Shown here piece by piece: positions 49,187-58,960 of a DNA stretch of 64,000 nucleotides (position 1 is its first letter; each line of letters starts with the position of its first letter). Both the position numbers and the translations under genes were made by a program. The stretch is from the NCBI GenBank assembly GCA_035529455.1, contig DATKWQ010000052.1, forward strand, positions 5,966-69,965, read 5' to 3'. The notes beneath the pieces are model-generated. The model searched no databases, was not told where the DNA came from, and saw only the letters and a list, made by a program, of their open reading frames with translations. The stretch is from Thermoplasmata archaeon (GTDB taxonomy: Archaea; Thermoplasmatota; Thermoplasmata; UBA10834).

Positions 49187-50587
49187 ATGGGATATGTCCG
49201 ATTTAGAGATATTATGACCCAGGAAGACGTCGTCCCTCGACTTTTCGGCACCAACGGAGTCAGAGGAGTCGTGAACACGGAGGCCATGGACTGCAGATTC
49301 GCAATGCGGCTGGGCATGGCCATCGGCACATTCATGGATGGGGCGGTCGTCATAGGGTCCGATGCGCGCACATCGAGCGAGATGCTCAAATCCGCCTGCG
49401 CGGCGGGGATGATGGCGACCGGCTGTGATGTCCAAGACTGTGGCATCGTTCCGACACCGACCGTCCAGTACGCGGTCAAGGTCGATGACGATATAGCTGG
49501 CGGAGTGGTCATAACCGCCTCACACAATCCACCAGAATTCAACGGCATCAAATGTGTGGACAGAGACGGTACGGAGATGGCCCGCTCCAACGAGGAGAAG
49601 GTCGAAGCCATATTCCACAGACAGGCGTTCTCGGCCGTGCCCTGGGACCGCGTTGGGCATTCCTCTCCTCGGGTCGGCGCCATAGAGGACTACTCCGAAG
49701 CGATACTGGCGCTCATCGATAGGGACTTGATCAAGGCGTCTGGCTTGAGGGTCGCACTGGATTGCAGCAACGGGGCGGGAGCCAATGTGACACCAGGCAT
49801 CCTGGAACGACTCGGAGTCAAATACGTCACCATGAATGCTGATCTGAACGGTGCGTTTCCAGGGCACAACAGCGAGCCCACGCCGGACAACGCCAAGGAT
49901 CTCGTAGAGCTTGTCAGACAGGGGGAATACGACCTTGGGATTATCCACGACGGGGACGCGGACCGTACAATATTCGTAGATGACAAGGGGTCGTACATGT
50001 ATGGGGACAGAAGCCTAGCGATAGCTGCTCACTATGCTTGCCTGGACAATGGCGGCGGACTCGTCGTCACCACAGTAGGATCATCCAGATGTGTGGAGGA
50101 CGCAGTCACCGCGGCTGGCGGGACTGTGATGTACACGCGTGTAGGCTCTCCGGTCGTCGCAAGGGCGATGATGCAACATGGCGCCGTATTCGGAGGCGAG
50201 GAGAACGGCGGGTTGATCTTCCCCGAGCTGCAGTTCTGCAGGGACGGGGCCATGGCAGCGGCAAGAATCATCGAGATCGTAGCCAAACACGGCCCGATGT
50301 CTAAGATCCAGTCCAATATCCCTGCATATTCGCAGTTCAAGACGAAGACCCCGTGTCCGGGCGACATGAAGGAGTCTGTCATGAAGGGGCTCGCCGCCGG
50401 TGCGGAAGGAGAGAGGGTAGACACGACAGACGGGGTCAAGATATACTTCGATGATGGCTGGGTGCTCATCAGACCCTCCGGGACGGAACCGATTGTGCGC
50501 ATCTTCTCCGAGGCGAGCACCGATGACAAGGCAAGAGCGATAGCCGAACGATTCAGAGAAAGGGTCGCGAAGCTCGCAGAAGGATGA
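49187..50587 (+). CDS. glmM: phosphoglucosamine mutase / phosphomannomutase (archaeal GlmM-type alpha-D-phosphohexomutase)
   Basis: Active-site Ser loop TASHNPPEFNGIK and metal-binding DGDADR. Confidence 0.9.
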   Translation: MGYVRFRDIMTQEDVVPRLFGTNGVRGVVNTEAMDCRFAMRLGMAIGTFMDGAVVIGSDARTSSEMLKSACAAGMMATGCDVQDCGIVPTPTVQYAVKVDDDIAGGVVITASHNPPEFNGIKCVDRDGTEMARSNEEKVEAIFHRQAFSAVPWDRVGHSSPRVGAIEDYSEAILALIDRDLIKASGLRVALDCSNGAGANVTPGILERLGVKYVTMNADLNGAFPGHNSEPTPDNAKDLVELVRQGEYDLGIIHDGDADRTIFVDDKGSYMYGDRSLAIAAHYACLDNGGGLVVTTVGSSRCVEDAVTAAGGTVMYTRVGSPVVARAMMQHGAVFGGEENGGLIFPELQFCRDGAMAAARIIEIVAKHGPMSKIQSNIPAYSQFKTKTPCPGDMKESVMKGLAAGAEGERVDTTDGVKIYFDDGWVLIRPSGTEPIVRIFSEASTDDKARAIAERFRERVAKLAEG

Positions 50588-50595
50588 AAAGCGGC

Positions 50596-51456
50596 TCACT
50601 TCTGCAGCATCGACTTCCACTTGACCGCGACGACTTCTCGGATGAACCTCGCTGCCAGCATGGACGTGTTTCCATTGTCACATGGCGGGCAGACCTCGAC
50701 CACATCGAAACCGATGAGCCTGTCACCAAGCCTGTTGATTATATACTTGACATCGAAGGTGGTCAGCCCAAAAGGCTCCGGCGTCCCCGTTCCCGGAGCA
50801 TAGGCGGGGTCGATCCCGTCGATATCGAGGGATAGGTACACCGGCTGGTTCCTCAGCTTGGACATCATCTCCTCGAAGACCTGCTTGCACCCGCGTTCGT
50901 GGATAGTCAGGGAATCGGCATACAGCGCCTCCTCAGGGCGTTCATCAGCGGACATTGACCGCACGCCAAAGGCGAATACGTTCCCCTTTCCCACGACATC
51001 CTCAATGCGCTTGTGTGCGCACGCGTGACTGTTTCTCAGTCCTTGATATTCATCGTTGAAATCGAGGTGAGCATCGATTATGACCGCAGATATCCCACTC
51101 CCGAATGCCTTGACAACGGGCGGGGAGATGGAATGCTCTCCACCGATGGCAATCGGGAATTTCCCTGAAGACACGATGCGTTTGGCCTCTTCTTCTATCG
51201 AGGCGACCATGTCATCCACTGACCCCTCCTCGTGGAGGTCTCCCATGTCATGGAATGGGACATCCCTGAGATCTACGCCGTGTTCGAACAGGTCAGGCTC
51301 GAAATTGATGGAAGCTTCCCGAATGGCCGTCGGGGCGAACCTGGTCCCGCTCCTGAATGTGGTTGTCCTGTCGAACGGAACACCGAAGGCGACAAACCTA
51401 GCATCATCAAAATTTGAGCGTGCATCCGCGAAGCTGAGCATGCCCCTCGCAGGCAT
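50596..51456 (-). CDS. speB: agmatinase (arginase/ureohydrolase family)
   Basis: Mn-binding blocks GGEHS, DAHLD and SLDIDGIDP. Confidence 0.9.
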   Translation of the reverse strand: MPARGMLSFADARSNFDDARFVAFGVPFDRTTTFRSGTRFAPTAIREASINFEPDLFEHGVDLRDVPFHDMGDLHEEGSVDDMVASIEEEAKRIVSSGKFPIAIGGEHSISPPVVKAFGSGISAVIIDAHLDFNDEYQGLRNSHACAHKRIEDVVGKGNVFAFGVRSMSADERPEEALYADSLTIHERGCKQVFEEMMSKLRNQPVYLSLDIDGIDPAYAPGTGTPEPFGLTTFDVKYIINRLGDRLIGFDVVEVCPPCDNGNTSMLAARFIREVVAVKWKSMLQK

Positions 51457-51459
51457 CGG

Positions 51460-51846
51460 TCACACCCGAGTGATCTTCTTCCTGCCCATGGCGATCAAGT
51501 ACTGGATGCTCTCTCCCGGGGTGAGGGAGTCCTTCAAGTCGTCGGGTATGGGCACCTGGAATATCTCGTAGGTGTCTAGGTCCATTAGCTGGACCTCTGA
51601 TCCAACGATCGTGACTATCTGAGCCTGTCTCTTGTCGATGAGCGGAACCTGGACTTTGTGTTTGACGGGATAGACGACTGAGCGCTTGCCACCGTCGAAT
51701 ATCCCAACCGCCTCGATCCGGGCTTTAGCTTCCCCGTGCTTCCCAGGCTTGGAGGTGGATATGCTAGTAATCTTGCATGGTTCGTCATCGATGTTGATGT
51801 AGCGTCCTTCCTTCAGAGTCCTGACTTCAGCTTGCTCCCATGCCAT
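51460..51846 (-). CDS. eif5a: translation initiation factor 5A (aIF5A), hypusine site present
   Basis: STSKPGKHGEAK is the hypusine loop. SH3-like and OB domains. Start trimmed to MAWEQ. Confidence 0.9.
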   Translation of the reverse strand: MAWEQAEVRTLKEGRYINIDDEPCKITSISTSKPGKHGEAKARIEAVGIFDGGKRSVVYPVKHKVQVPLIDKRQAQIVTIVGSEVQLMDLDTYEIFQVPIPDDLKDSLTPGESIQYLIAMGRKKITRV

Positions 51847-51891
51847 GAGTGTCACTTCCGGTGACGGTAACCGAGGGGGGGTTAGAAATAG

Positions 51892-52947
51892 TTACCGTCC
51901 CTTCTTCCTGACCTTCTTGCGTTTGCCAGAAGGCTTCTTCGGCGCCGCGGCCCGCTGTTTCCTAATCTCCTCAACCCGCCTATCCAGCTGCTCCTTCAGC
52001 AACGAGGACAGGTCATTGCCCGTGTACGCATCGGCCCTTGCGGCCATCGAGAGCTTCGATGCGAGGGCTCTCGCAATCGGGCCTCGCTGCCATTCAGGGG
52101 CGTTGTGGACGAGAGGATGCTGGAAGATCATGCCGTGCTTGGGGGGGTTCGTGTGCTTCTTCAGGTGCCGGAACATGGCCTTCTCAGCTCCAAGCAACTG
52201 GATCGTCCCAGATGGCATGGACGCCATTCTCTTAAGGCTTCCAGCCTGCATTATGAGCCTCGCACCAATAACCGGTCCCACGAGCGATGTTATGTTCGGA
52301 GCGACCTGCTTCATTCTGCTCTCAATATACGATTCCTCAGCCCTCCTGGCAGTCATACCAATTTTCAGAGCCGATGCCAGCTCGCGTATGGAATCGAGGT
52401 CTTCCTTCTCAATATCTGCACCGATGGAGTCCATTCGCTCGTCCAGGGAGGACAGGATGTCATCTCTGAAACCCAGGTTGATTATAGCGTCGACATAGTC
52501 CTCCGAGAAGAGGACCTCCTCAAGCTCCGGGAAGTGCAGCGAATACCATTCGTGCAATCTCTCGGACAGGATGTTGTTTGTGAAGACGAGGTCGTCGTGA
52601 GCCCTCACGGCATGTCCGAGATACACGTCCACGCCGATGCTGCTCTTCGCCATCCTCTTTGCCAGTTCGATCGTCGCCTCTCTGTATATGCTCAGAGTGA
52701 ACCCGTATGCATCGGGTTTGATGAAGGATGAGTCGAACTTGGTCACCCTTCCCAGCTCGGACAGCCGTCTGTCAGCCACCTGGCCCGCTCCCTGCCCCAG
52801 ACGTCTCTCCTCGTCGAGGATTCCTCCCTTCCGCATCACCTCGAGACGGTCGGCAACGGCCGTCGGGTCATTCGGGAATAGGGCAGACTTCCTCACTTCG
52901 CCCTCTACGCATAGGAAACTCCCGAACCATTTCGTGACGAGGATCAT
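51892..52947 (-). CDS. nop5: C/D box sRNP protein Nop5 (Nop56/58 homolog)
   Basis: NOP domain (GAEKAMFRHLKK..HGMIFQHP), a coiled coil and a C-terminal KKD/R-rich tail. No fibrillarin gene is adjacent. Confidence 0.85.
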   Translation of the reverse strand: MILVTKWFGSFLCVEGEVRKSALFPNDPTAVADRLEVMRKGGILDEERRLGQGAGQVADRRLSELGRVTKFDSSFIKPDAYGFTLSIYREATIELAKRMAKSSIGVDVYLGHAVRAHDDLVFTNNILSERLHEWYSLHFPELEEVLFSEDYVDAIINLGFRDDILSSLDERMDSIGADIEKEDLDSIRELASALKIGMTARRAEESYIESRMKQVAPNITSLVGPVIGARLIMQAGSLKRMASMPSGTIQLLGAEKAMFRHLKKHTNPPKHGMIFQHPLVHNAPEWQRGPIARALASKLSMAARADAYTGNDLSSLLKEQLDRRVEEIRKQRAAAPKKPSGKRKKVRKKGR

Positions 52948-52995
52948 CTTGGCCCATATCCGAGACTTGGCTAAAAAGCCTGCCGGATTGGACGC

Positions 52996-53988
52996 TCACT
53001 CTGTCAACATCTTCGCGAGTTCGTCCGGGGCGAGCACGCCCTTCTCCGTGATGAAGCCACTGACGTATTTGGCAGGCGTCACATCAAAAGCTGGGTTCAG
53101 AGCATCGCTCTCCGCAGGGGCGATCCTGACGCCGTTCACATTCAGAACCTCATCTGGAGACCGCTGTTCGATCACGATCCCATCACCCGATCTCAGCGAT
53201 GGGTCGAATGTGTTAACTGGAGCGGCAACGTAGAACGGGACCTCGTTCTCCTTGGCGAGAACGGCTTTCTCGTATGTGCCTATCTTGTTCGCGAAATCTC
53301 CGTTCATCGCGACCCTGTCTGCGCCGACGATCACGAGGTCCACTTCGCTCCGGAGATAGTATCCAGCTGCATTGTCTGCAATCACAGCGTGGTCGATGCC
53401 TTCATTCACCATCTCCCAAGCGGTGAGTTTCGCCCCCTGGAACCGTGGGCGGGTCTCGTCCACGAAGACGAAGAGTTTCTTGCCAGATCTATGAGCCACC
53501 CTGATAGGCGCGAGCGCAGTGCCGAAGTCGACAGTCGCAAGTGCGCCTGCGTTGCAGTGAGTCAATATATTCATCCCGTCTTCGATGAGACTGTTGCCAG
53601 CCTCTCCTATCAATCTGCACTTCTCGACAATCGAATCGGCGTAGCTTTCAGCCGCTTCGACAAGTCCATCTCCGACGGATAGCATACGGTCGATTGCGTG
53701 GAAGAGGTCGTGAGCGGTCGGCCGGGTCGCTTTGAGCACGCGCGAAGCGTCTACAATATCGGCCCCGCTCTGCCATGCGAGCGCCATGCCAAAAGCGCCC
53801 GCCGCACCAATCGACGGCGCGCCTCGGACAGTCATGTCAGAGATGGCTCGGGCCATCTCTTCGTGTGTCTTTATGGTGATTATTTCCAATCTCTCTGGCA
53901 AGAATCGCTGATCGATAGCCTTGACGGCGTCGCCCTCCCACCAGATCGCTCTCAAATCCGATTGGCCATTCTGAGTCCTTACGCGCAT
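52996..53988 (-). CDS. eIF-2B alpha/beta/delta-like family protein (ribose-1,5-bisphosphate isomerase / MtnA-like)
   Basis: IDQRFLP at the N-terminus, RGAPSIGAAGA, and the overall e2b2 fold. Start trimmed to MRVRTQNG. Confidence 0.8.
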   Translation of the reverse strand: MRVRTQNGQSDLRAIWWEGDAVKAIDQRFLPERLEIITIKTHEEMARAISDMTVRGAPSIGAAGAFGMALAWQSGADIVDASRVLKATRPTAHDLFHAIDRMLSVGDGLVEAAESYADSIVEKCRLIGEAGNSLIEDGMNILTHCNAGALATVDFGTALAPIRVAHRSGKKLFVFVDETRPRFQGAKLTAWEMVNEGIDHAVIADNAAGYYLRSEVDLVIVGADRVAMNGDFANKIGTYEKAVLAKENEVPFYVAAPVNTFDPSLRSGDGIVIEQRSPDEVLNVNGVRIAPAESDALNPAFDVTPAKYVSGFITEKGVLAPDELAKMLTE

Positions 53989-54056
53989 GTTGCTCAGCCC
54001 CATGAATGCCCAATGCAGGACAAAAAGGATGGGGTCGGTTCGCCTTTGGCCCAGCA

Positions 54057-54069
54057 AAAGAATATTTAC
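54057..54069 (+). promoter_or_regulatory. TATA-box-like element (AAAAGAATATTTA) ~30 bp upstream of tRNA-Val
   Basis: AT-rich element at the expected -26/-30 position relative to the tRNA 5' end. Confidence 0.4.
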
Positions 54070-54094
54070 CTAAGCAGCATTCTTCGGCGTCTAA

Positions 54095-54167
54095 GGGCCC
54101 ATGGTCTAGCGGTTATGACGGCGCTCTCACACAGCGCAGATCACCGGTTCAAATCCGGTTGGGCCCA
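54095..54167 (+). tRNA. tRNA-Val (anticodon CAC), 3' CCA not encoded
   Basis: Manually folded cloverleaf. Acceptor GGGCCCA/UGGGCCC, anticodon stem GCGCU/AGCGC with loop CUCACAC, T-arm ACCGG-UUCAAAU-CCGGU, discriminator A. The D-stem has one U-U mismatch. Confidence 0.8.
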
Positions 54168-54268
54168 CTCCATATCTCGAGTATGATTGTGGCCAACCGC
54201 CCATGAATGGGAGGCCTAGGCGACATTTATATAGAGCAGAAGGCGTCGGTTTCGCCAAGTGGTTTGAA

Positions 54269-56320
54269 ATGCGGGGAATCTCAAGACTCCCGGCAAGCCT
54301 GGTCGGATTCATGGTCATCATCACGACAGTGGCCATCGTCGCGAGCTCGCTCCCTGGGAATTCCAGCACAGCTAATCTGTCAACGGTCTCAATACAGGCG
54401 GAGTCAATGTGCCTCCTCTATGGCTGGGTGAATGATTCGATAACTCACGAAGGCGTGAGTGGGGCGACGGTCTTCTACATTTCGATGGAGGAGTTCTCAA
54501 CAAACCAAACCCTGACTGACGAGACAGGCTACTACGAAGCGCAGGTCGATCAGTCAGCCCTGTTCGTGCAGTGTTACAAGACCGGGCATTTCCCAGTCAC
54601 AGTGGCGATAAACACCACGGGAGAGGACGAGTATCGGCAGGACTTCGAACTGGAGGCCGAGCCGACGGTGCCTGAGGTTTCGATGGCCATCGACCCTGAA
54701 CGCAACATATCGGCCCACAACCCCCTGACGGTCAGCATTGTCGTGGAGGACTATAACCTGATTCTTGTAGAGGTCATCATGGGACAGGTACACAACAGAA
54801 CGGGCGATTGGGTCAATTTCACAACGGCAACCGCTGCGGGGGCCTTTATGTTTTCAGACTCCGTTGTTGACGGTATGTACTTCGAATACACCTATGAGGA
54901 CGATGTGTTCGAGGGGACTGCCGAATGGTACGCGAAGTCGACTCGTTCAGGATACCTGGTCAACGAGACATCGAGCGATTACAGTCAGGCATATGCCAAA
55001 CGGACGATTATGGGAGACGTCAGCTACGGTTTCGCCTGCTATTACTTCAACGACACCCTCTCGATGGAGGAGGGGATAGCATACTTCGACAACGACACGG
55101 GGGAGTACGAAGGGTTTGAGTCCCAGAGCCTCACGTCGGTCTTCGAGGACCCATCCATCCCGGATGCACCCGCGGATGACCCCTTCGGGGAGATCGCCCC
55201 GGTCTCGATCGTAATTCCATGGAAGCTGAACACCACCATGACCTTCGAGGAATACATGACGCTCACTGGCAACTTCGTCTGCAAGGACCGGAGGAGCGTT
55301 GCCGGGCTGACGTTCGAGTACGACGAGACCGTTCCCAGTGGTGAGTACGTCGCGATGGTCTTTGCGATAGACGACGCATTCAACCTCAACGGGACGGTTG
55401 GCCTTCTGACCGTCGACACCGACGACCCCATCGCATACGCCGGTGAAGACTCCACAATCGGGATTGGCGACGAGGCGACCTTGACAGGAGCGGCCTCCGA
55501 TAACGTCGGAGTGGTCAACTACACATGGGCCATCGAGGACGACGGTACGGAAGTCACCTTGCACGGAGAAGTCGTCTCCTACGAGTTCATCGATAAGGGC
55601 GAGCATGTCGTCACTTTGACCGTGCGCGACGGCGCGAACAACGAGGGCTCGGACACGGCGATCATCACGGTCGCCGACATCACAGACCCGACAGCAGACG
55701 CAGGCGAGGACATGGATGTCCTCATAGGCGAGACGTTCACGCTGAACGGCACGGGGTCTTACGATGACATAGGGATAACGGCGTACCTATGGTCGTGCGA
55801 TGAGCTAGACGGCTGGGACGAGAGTGGAGCCGAGGTGGAGATGACGCTCGACTCCGAAGGTGAGTACACCTTCACGCTCGAGACGAGGGACGCTGCGGGC
55901 AACTCCGACACCGATGACGTCATCGTCTACGTCACCGACCCGAACGAGGCGCCTGTCGCCGATGCGGGGACCGACCTTGAGATATCTGTCGGGGAGACGG
56001 CCGACCTCGACGGGTCGGGTTCGTCCGATGACGCGGGCATAGAGAACTACACCTGGACTTTCGAGTATGACGGAGAGACGGTGACGCTGTATGGGGAGAC
56101 CGCTGAATTCACATTCGACATCGAAGGCGAGTACACGGTAAACTTGACCGTCTCTGATGAGCAGGGGGAAAAGGGGTACGACCAGGTCGTGGTCACGGTG
56201 ACGAAGGGCGAGACCGTCACGGGTTACGCACTATACGCCGCCGCAATAATCATCGTGTTGGTGGTTGCCATTCTGGCCGTCGTGCTCATAAGGCGCAGGA
56301 AGCTCGTAGGCTCCTCCTGA
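54269..56320 (+). CDS. cell-surface protein: signal/TM anchor, CarboxypepD_reg-like domain, three tandem PKD domains, C-terminal TM + basic tail
   Basis: N-terminal hydrophobic segment, a beta-sandwich segment (GATVFY...TDETGYYEAQV), 3x ~87-aa repeats (DAG.D..V.VGET..L.G.GS.DD.GI.NYTW) and a C-terminal helix + RRRK. Start trimmed to the ATG at 54269 so that it clears the tRNA. Confidence 0.75.
   Translation: MRGISRLPASLVGFMVIITTVAIVASSLPGNSSTANLSTVSIQAESMCLLYGWVNDSITHEGVSGATVFYISMEEFSTNQTLTDETGYYEAQVDQSALFVQCYKTGHFPVTVAINTTGEDEYRQDFELEAEPTVPEVSMAIDPERNISAHNPLTVSIVVEDYNLILVEVIMGQVHNRTGDWVNFTTATAAGAFMFSDSVVDGMYFEYTYEDDVFEGTAEWYAKSTRSGYLVNETSSDYSQAYAKRTIMGDVSYGFACYYFNDTLSMEEGIAYFDNDTGEYEGFESQSLTSVFEDPSIPDAPADDPFGEIAPVSIVIPWKLNTTMTFEEYMTLTGNFVCKDRRSVAGLTFEYDETVPSGEYVAMVFAIDDAFNLNGTVGLLTVDTDDPIAYAGEDSTIGIGDEATLTGAASDNVGVVNYTWAIEDDGTEVTLHGEVVSYEFIDKGEHVVTLTVRDGANNEGSDTAIITVADITDPTADAGEDMDVLIGETFTLNGTGSYDDIGITAYLWSCDELDGWDESGAEVEMTLDSEGEYTFTLETRDAAGNSDTDDVIVYVTDPNEAPVADAGTDLEISVGETADLDGSGSSDDAGIENYTWTFEYDGETVTLYGETAEFTFDIEGEYTVNLTVSDEQGEKGYDQVVVTVTKGETVTGYALYAAAIIIVLVVAILAVVLIRRRKLVGSS
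55425..56210 (+). repeat. three tandem ~260-bp intragenic repeats encoding the PKD domains
   Basis: Protein-level repeats: IAYAGEDSTIGIGDEATLTGAASDNVGVVNYTW / ADAGEDMDVLIGETFTLNGTGSYDDIGITAYLW / ADAGTDLEISVGETADLDGSGSSDDAGIENYTW. Confidence 0.6.
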
Positions 56321-56560
56321 TCGAATCCCTGCTATCGGAAGGTTCAGGCCCGGTTGAGCCCACTCATCCCACCTTGCTCCGGTTCCTTGTTTTCCACTTT
56401 CGGTGAGACGACTATCCTCAGATATGCGCCCTCTGGATTTCGAATGGAGAAACATCTTGCAGCGGGTTCATGCCTGCCAAGCCATGGGTGCCGTAAACAC
56501 TATGATTGCCTATGCGACTTGTCTGCAGCGACAAAGCAGCTCGTATGCGAGAGACCTCCG

Positions 56561-57160
56561 ATGAACAGGAAGACGGCTTTCAAGAAGTTCCCAGAGATCA
56601 GGACTAAGCGCCTGATTCTCAGACAGCCATCGATGAAGGATGTCGAATGGTACTTTGAGTACTTCTCAAGGCCTGAGATTGTCTGGGGAGGAGGAGAACC
56701 CGGTCCGAAGGACATGGCCGTGGCCAGGGAAGAGTACAGGGAGTACTTGGTCGACCTGTACCGGAAGAGGCGGGGATTCCGATGGGTTATGACACTTAAG
56801 GGAGAAGGTCAGCCGATTGGCACGTTGGGCTTCTACAAGTGGGCCCCCTCCGCGAGCTATCAGGCCGAGATGGGCTATGACCTGGCAAATGAGCACTGGG
56901 GCAAGGGCATAATGAGCGAGGCGATGAGAGCTGTTATCGACTTCGGCTTCGAGAAGATGGAGCTGAACAGGATAGAGGTCTACATCATGCCTCGGAACAA
57001 GCGTTCGATCAGGATGATCAAGAGCCTCGGGTTCAAGAAGGAGGGGCTGCTCAGGCAACGTTATTTTGACGAGCTCGGCAACTTCGCCGACGATATTCTC
57101 TTCTCGATGCTAAGAACCGACTGGGAAGAGTTGAGAACCGACTGGAAAGAGAAGAGATGA
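56561..57160 (+). CDS. GNAT-family N-acetyltransferase (RimJ/RimL-like)
   Basis: Acetyl-CoA-binding motif (HWGKGIMSEAMRAVIDFGF) and an RimL-like N-terminus (RLILRQPSMKD). Start trimmed to MNRKTAF. Confidence 0.8.
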   Translation: MNRKTAFKKFPEIRTKRLILRQPSMKDVEWYFEYFSRPEIVWGGGEPGPKDMAVAREEYREYLVDLYRKRRGFRWVMTLKGEGQPIGTLGFYKWAPSASYQAEMGYDLANEHWGKGIMSEAMRAVIDFGFEKMELNRIEVYIMPRNKRSIRMIKSLGFKKEGLLRQRYFDELGNFADDILFSMLRTDWEELRTDWKEKR

Positions 57161-57720
57161 TTCTAAGAGGTTGGGCCACCCCACCTCTAAGCCAGCTATT
57201 CGACTTCAGACATCTTTCAGGGCATTCCAGCGTCAACACACTGCGAGTAGATGCATCGGCAATGATTATCAATGAGAATACATTTCACGGCCTCGTGGAC
57301 GACGACAGGCTTCGGCGCATCACTGCATCCTACGGCGTCATCGTCGGCGTGATGATGATAGCCCAGTGGACGGGATTCATAATCATGGGACGGGTGGAGG
57401 AGCTCGAGTCGGAGCCGACAAGGATTGCATTCCATCTTGCCGCCGAGCTCGGCACCGCCATTGCGCTGATAATCGGCAGCATAGGCCTCGCCAAACGCCT
57501 GGGCTGGGGCTACCCCGCATTCCTCGTTTCACAAGGAATGTTGGCCTACACCATCATCATCAGCCCAGGTTACTTCGCTCAGGATGGAGAGCTGCTTTTC
57601 GTCGGCATGTTCGCGGTCCTCTGGGTCATGACCATCGCAATCGTCGTGACAGCGGTCAAGCACGAGGCGGCACTCAGGGGCGGCGGACAGATGAATGACT
57701 CAGTCAGTGAAGAAGACTGA
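57157..57720 (+). CDS. hypothetical membrane protein (4 TM)
   Basis: Overlaps the GNAT stop (ATGA), which suggests translational coupling. Hydrophobic helices. No homology recognised. Confidence 0.45.
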   Translation: MILRGWATPPLSQLFDFRHLSGHSSVNTLRVDASAMIINENTFHGLVDDDRLRRITASYGVIVGVMMIAQWTGFIIMGRVEELESEPTRIAFHLAAELGTAIALIIGSIGLAKRLGWGYPAFLVSQGMLAYTIIISPGYFAQDGELLFVGMFAVLWVMTIAIVVTAVKHEAALRGGGQMNDSVSEED

Positions 57721-57740
57721 ACCGTCGAAACAGGAGTCGC

Positions 57741-58805
57741 TCATTCGGTCTTGGACAGTCTGCGTACATGCCCGGAGACTGGAACATCCAGCTTCTGCTC
57801 CAACCGCGATATTCTGACGGCAAGTCTATCCATGTTATCCCTTAGGTCAGCGACCGCGAGGACCAACTCCTTGGAGATGTCGACTCGTTTCGATTGAGTG
57901 GTGTGGAGGTTCATCTCCATCAGCTTCATCCGCTCGTCCAAGGCTGTAAACCTGCTTCTCGTGGCCTCCGCGACAACGGGTTCCTGAGCAGCGACAATGC
58001 ATCTCTCGGCCTTCCTGTCCGAAGAAGACAACAAGACAGCAAGACCCTGGTTGATCTTCTCATCGATCATTCCGTGGAATTCCCCGAGGGTCTTGTTCAT
58101 TGAGAGTTCCAGCTTCTCGAGCGCTTCGTCCTGCGTCTCGACTTTCCTGATGACGTCCGTGAGATTGCCCAGGTCCCTGCATATATCCTCGAGCAGCTCG
58201 CGCTCCTTTACTTCGACCGATATCTCCACAGGCTCGGTCGGATAGTTCCTCAGCGACTCGACCATGGCGAGCATATCAACTTCTGGCCCAGAGTTCATCA
58301 CGGCGTCCCTGATAGGCTCCAGCCGCGTCATCTCAAGCTCTGCGAGCTTGAGCAGGCTCTTGTTTCCCTTCTCCACGCTCGTCAGCTCTGTGAGTATCTT
58401 CTCGAGCTGGGAGACCGCCTTCGCGAGATTGGAGTCCTCGAGCACCCTGACGCTCCTTACGGCGTCCTTCTTACCCTTGGCGATGGCATCCGCCACAGTC
58501 GGGTTCTCATGGGCGTACACAACGACCATGTGCGAGACTCCCGAGAGAGCCTTATTCTCCACATAGGACCAATCGCTCTCCCTTACGGATACTTTCTGCC
58601 GGTCCGCCCGCTCGAACAGCATGACGAAGCACTGATTGGGCATCAGGCAGATTTCGATTCCGTAAGGGCTGTTCCTCGCAAGCGCTGGAATGTGCTCTGG
58701 CCGCTCCCTGTCGACGGTGTTCAGAAAGGCGCCTATGTAGGCGTTCGCGTAGTTCTCAAGGGCGGTCTTGGTTAGCAGTCGCGTCTTGCCGTGTGATGTG
58801 GACAT
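57741..58805 (-). CDS. hypothetical protein: ~130-aa N-terminal globular domain + ~220-aa coiled-coil region
   Basis: Heptad-rich central and C-terminal part (LEKILTELTSVEKGNKSLLKLAELEMTRLE...). Start trimmed to the internal ATG (MSTSHGKTRLL) because the upstream 61 codons are Cys/Ser/Arg-rich and would overlap the divergent GTPase gene. Confidence 0.5.
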   Translation of the reverse strand: MSTSHGKTRLLTKTALENYANAYIGAFLNTVDRERPEHIPALARNSPYGIEICLMPNQCFVMLFERADRQKVSVRESDWSYVENKALSGVSHMVVVYAHENPTVADAIAKGKKDAVRSVRVLEDSNLAKAVSQLEKILTELTSVEKGNKSLLKLAELEMTRLEPIRDAVMNSGPEVDMLAMVESLRNYPTEPVEISVEVKERELLEDICRDLGNLTDVIRKVETQDEALEKLELSMNKTLGEFHGMIDEKINQGLAVLLSSSDRKAERCIVAAQEPVVAEATRSRFTALDERMKLMEMNLHTTQSKRVDISKELVLAVADLRDNMDRLAVRISRLEQKLDVPVSGHVRRLSKTE

Positions 58806-58960
58806 GTACCCAGCCCGGTATTGAGAATATGTACTATTGAGCTTTTGCCTATGGTTTCCATAGTAAGAAATATGTAGACTCCAGCGCATGAGACCACTGC
58901 GACAACGACTGTGAGAACGCAATTCGCTGACGCAACAGGAACGGTCAATTCTGAACTCTG

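Noticed and set aside
56354-56560. 69-codon N-terminal extension of the GNAT ORF; similar extensions on ORFs 11360, 13567, 14860, 38647, 40933, 57741 (to 58988) and 59764
   Set aside because: The extensions are compositionally biased (Cys/Ser/Arg/Pro). They are not needed for the recognised domains, and several would overlap upstream genes. Starts were moved to internal Met codons.
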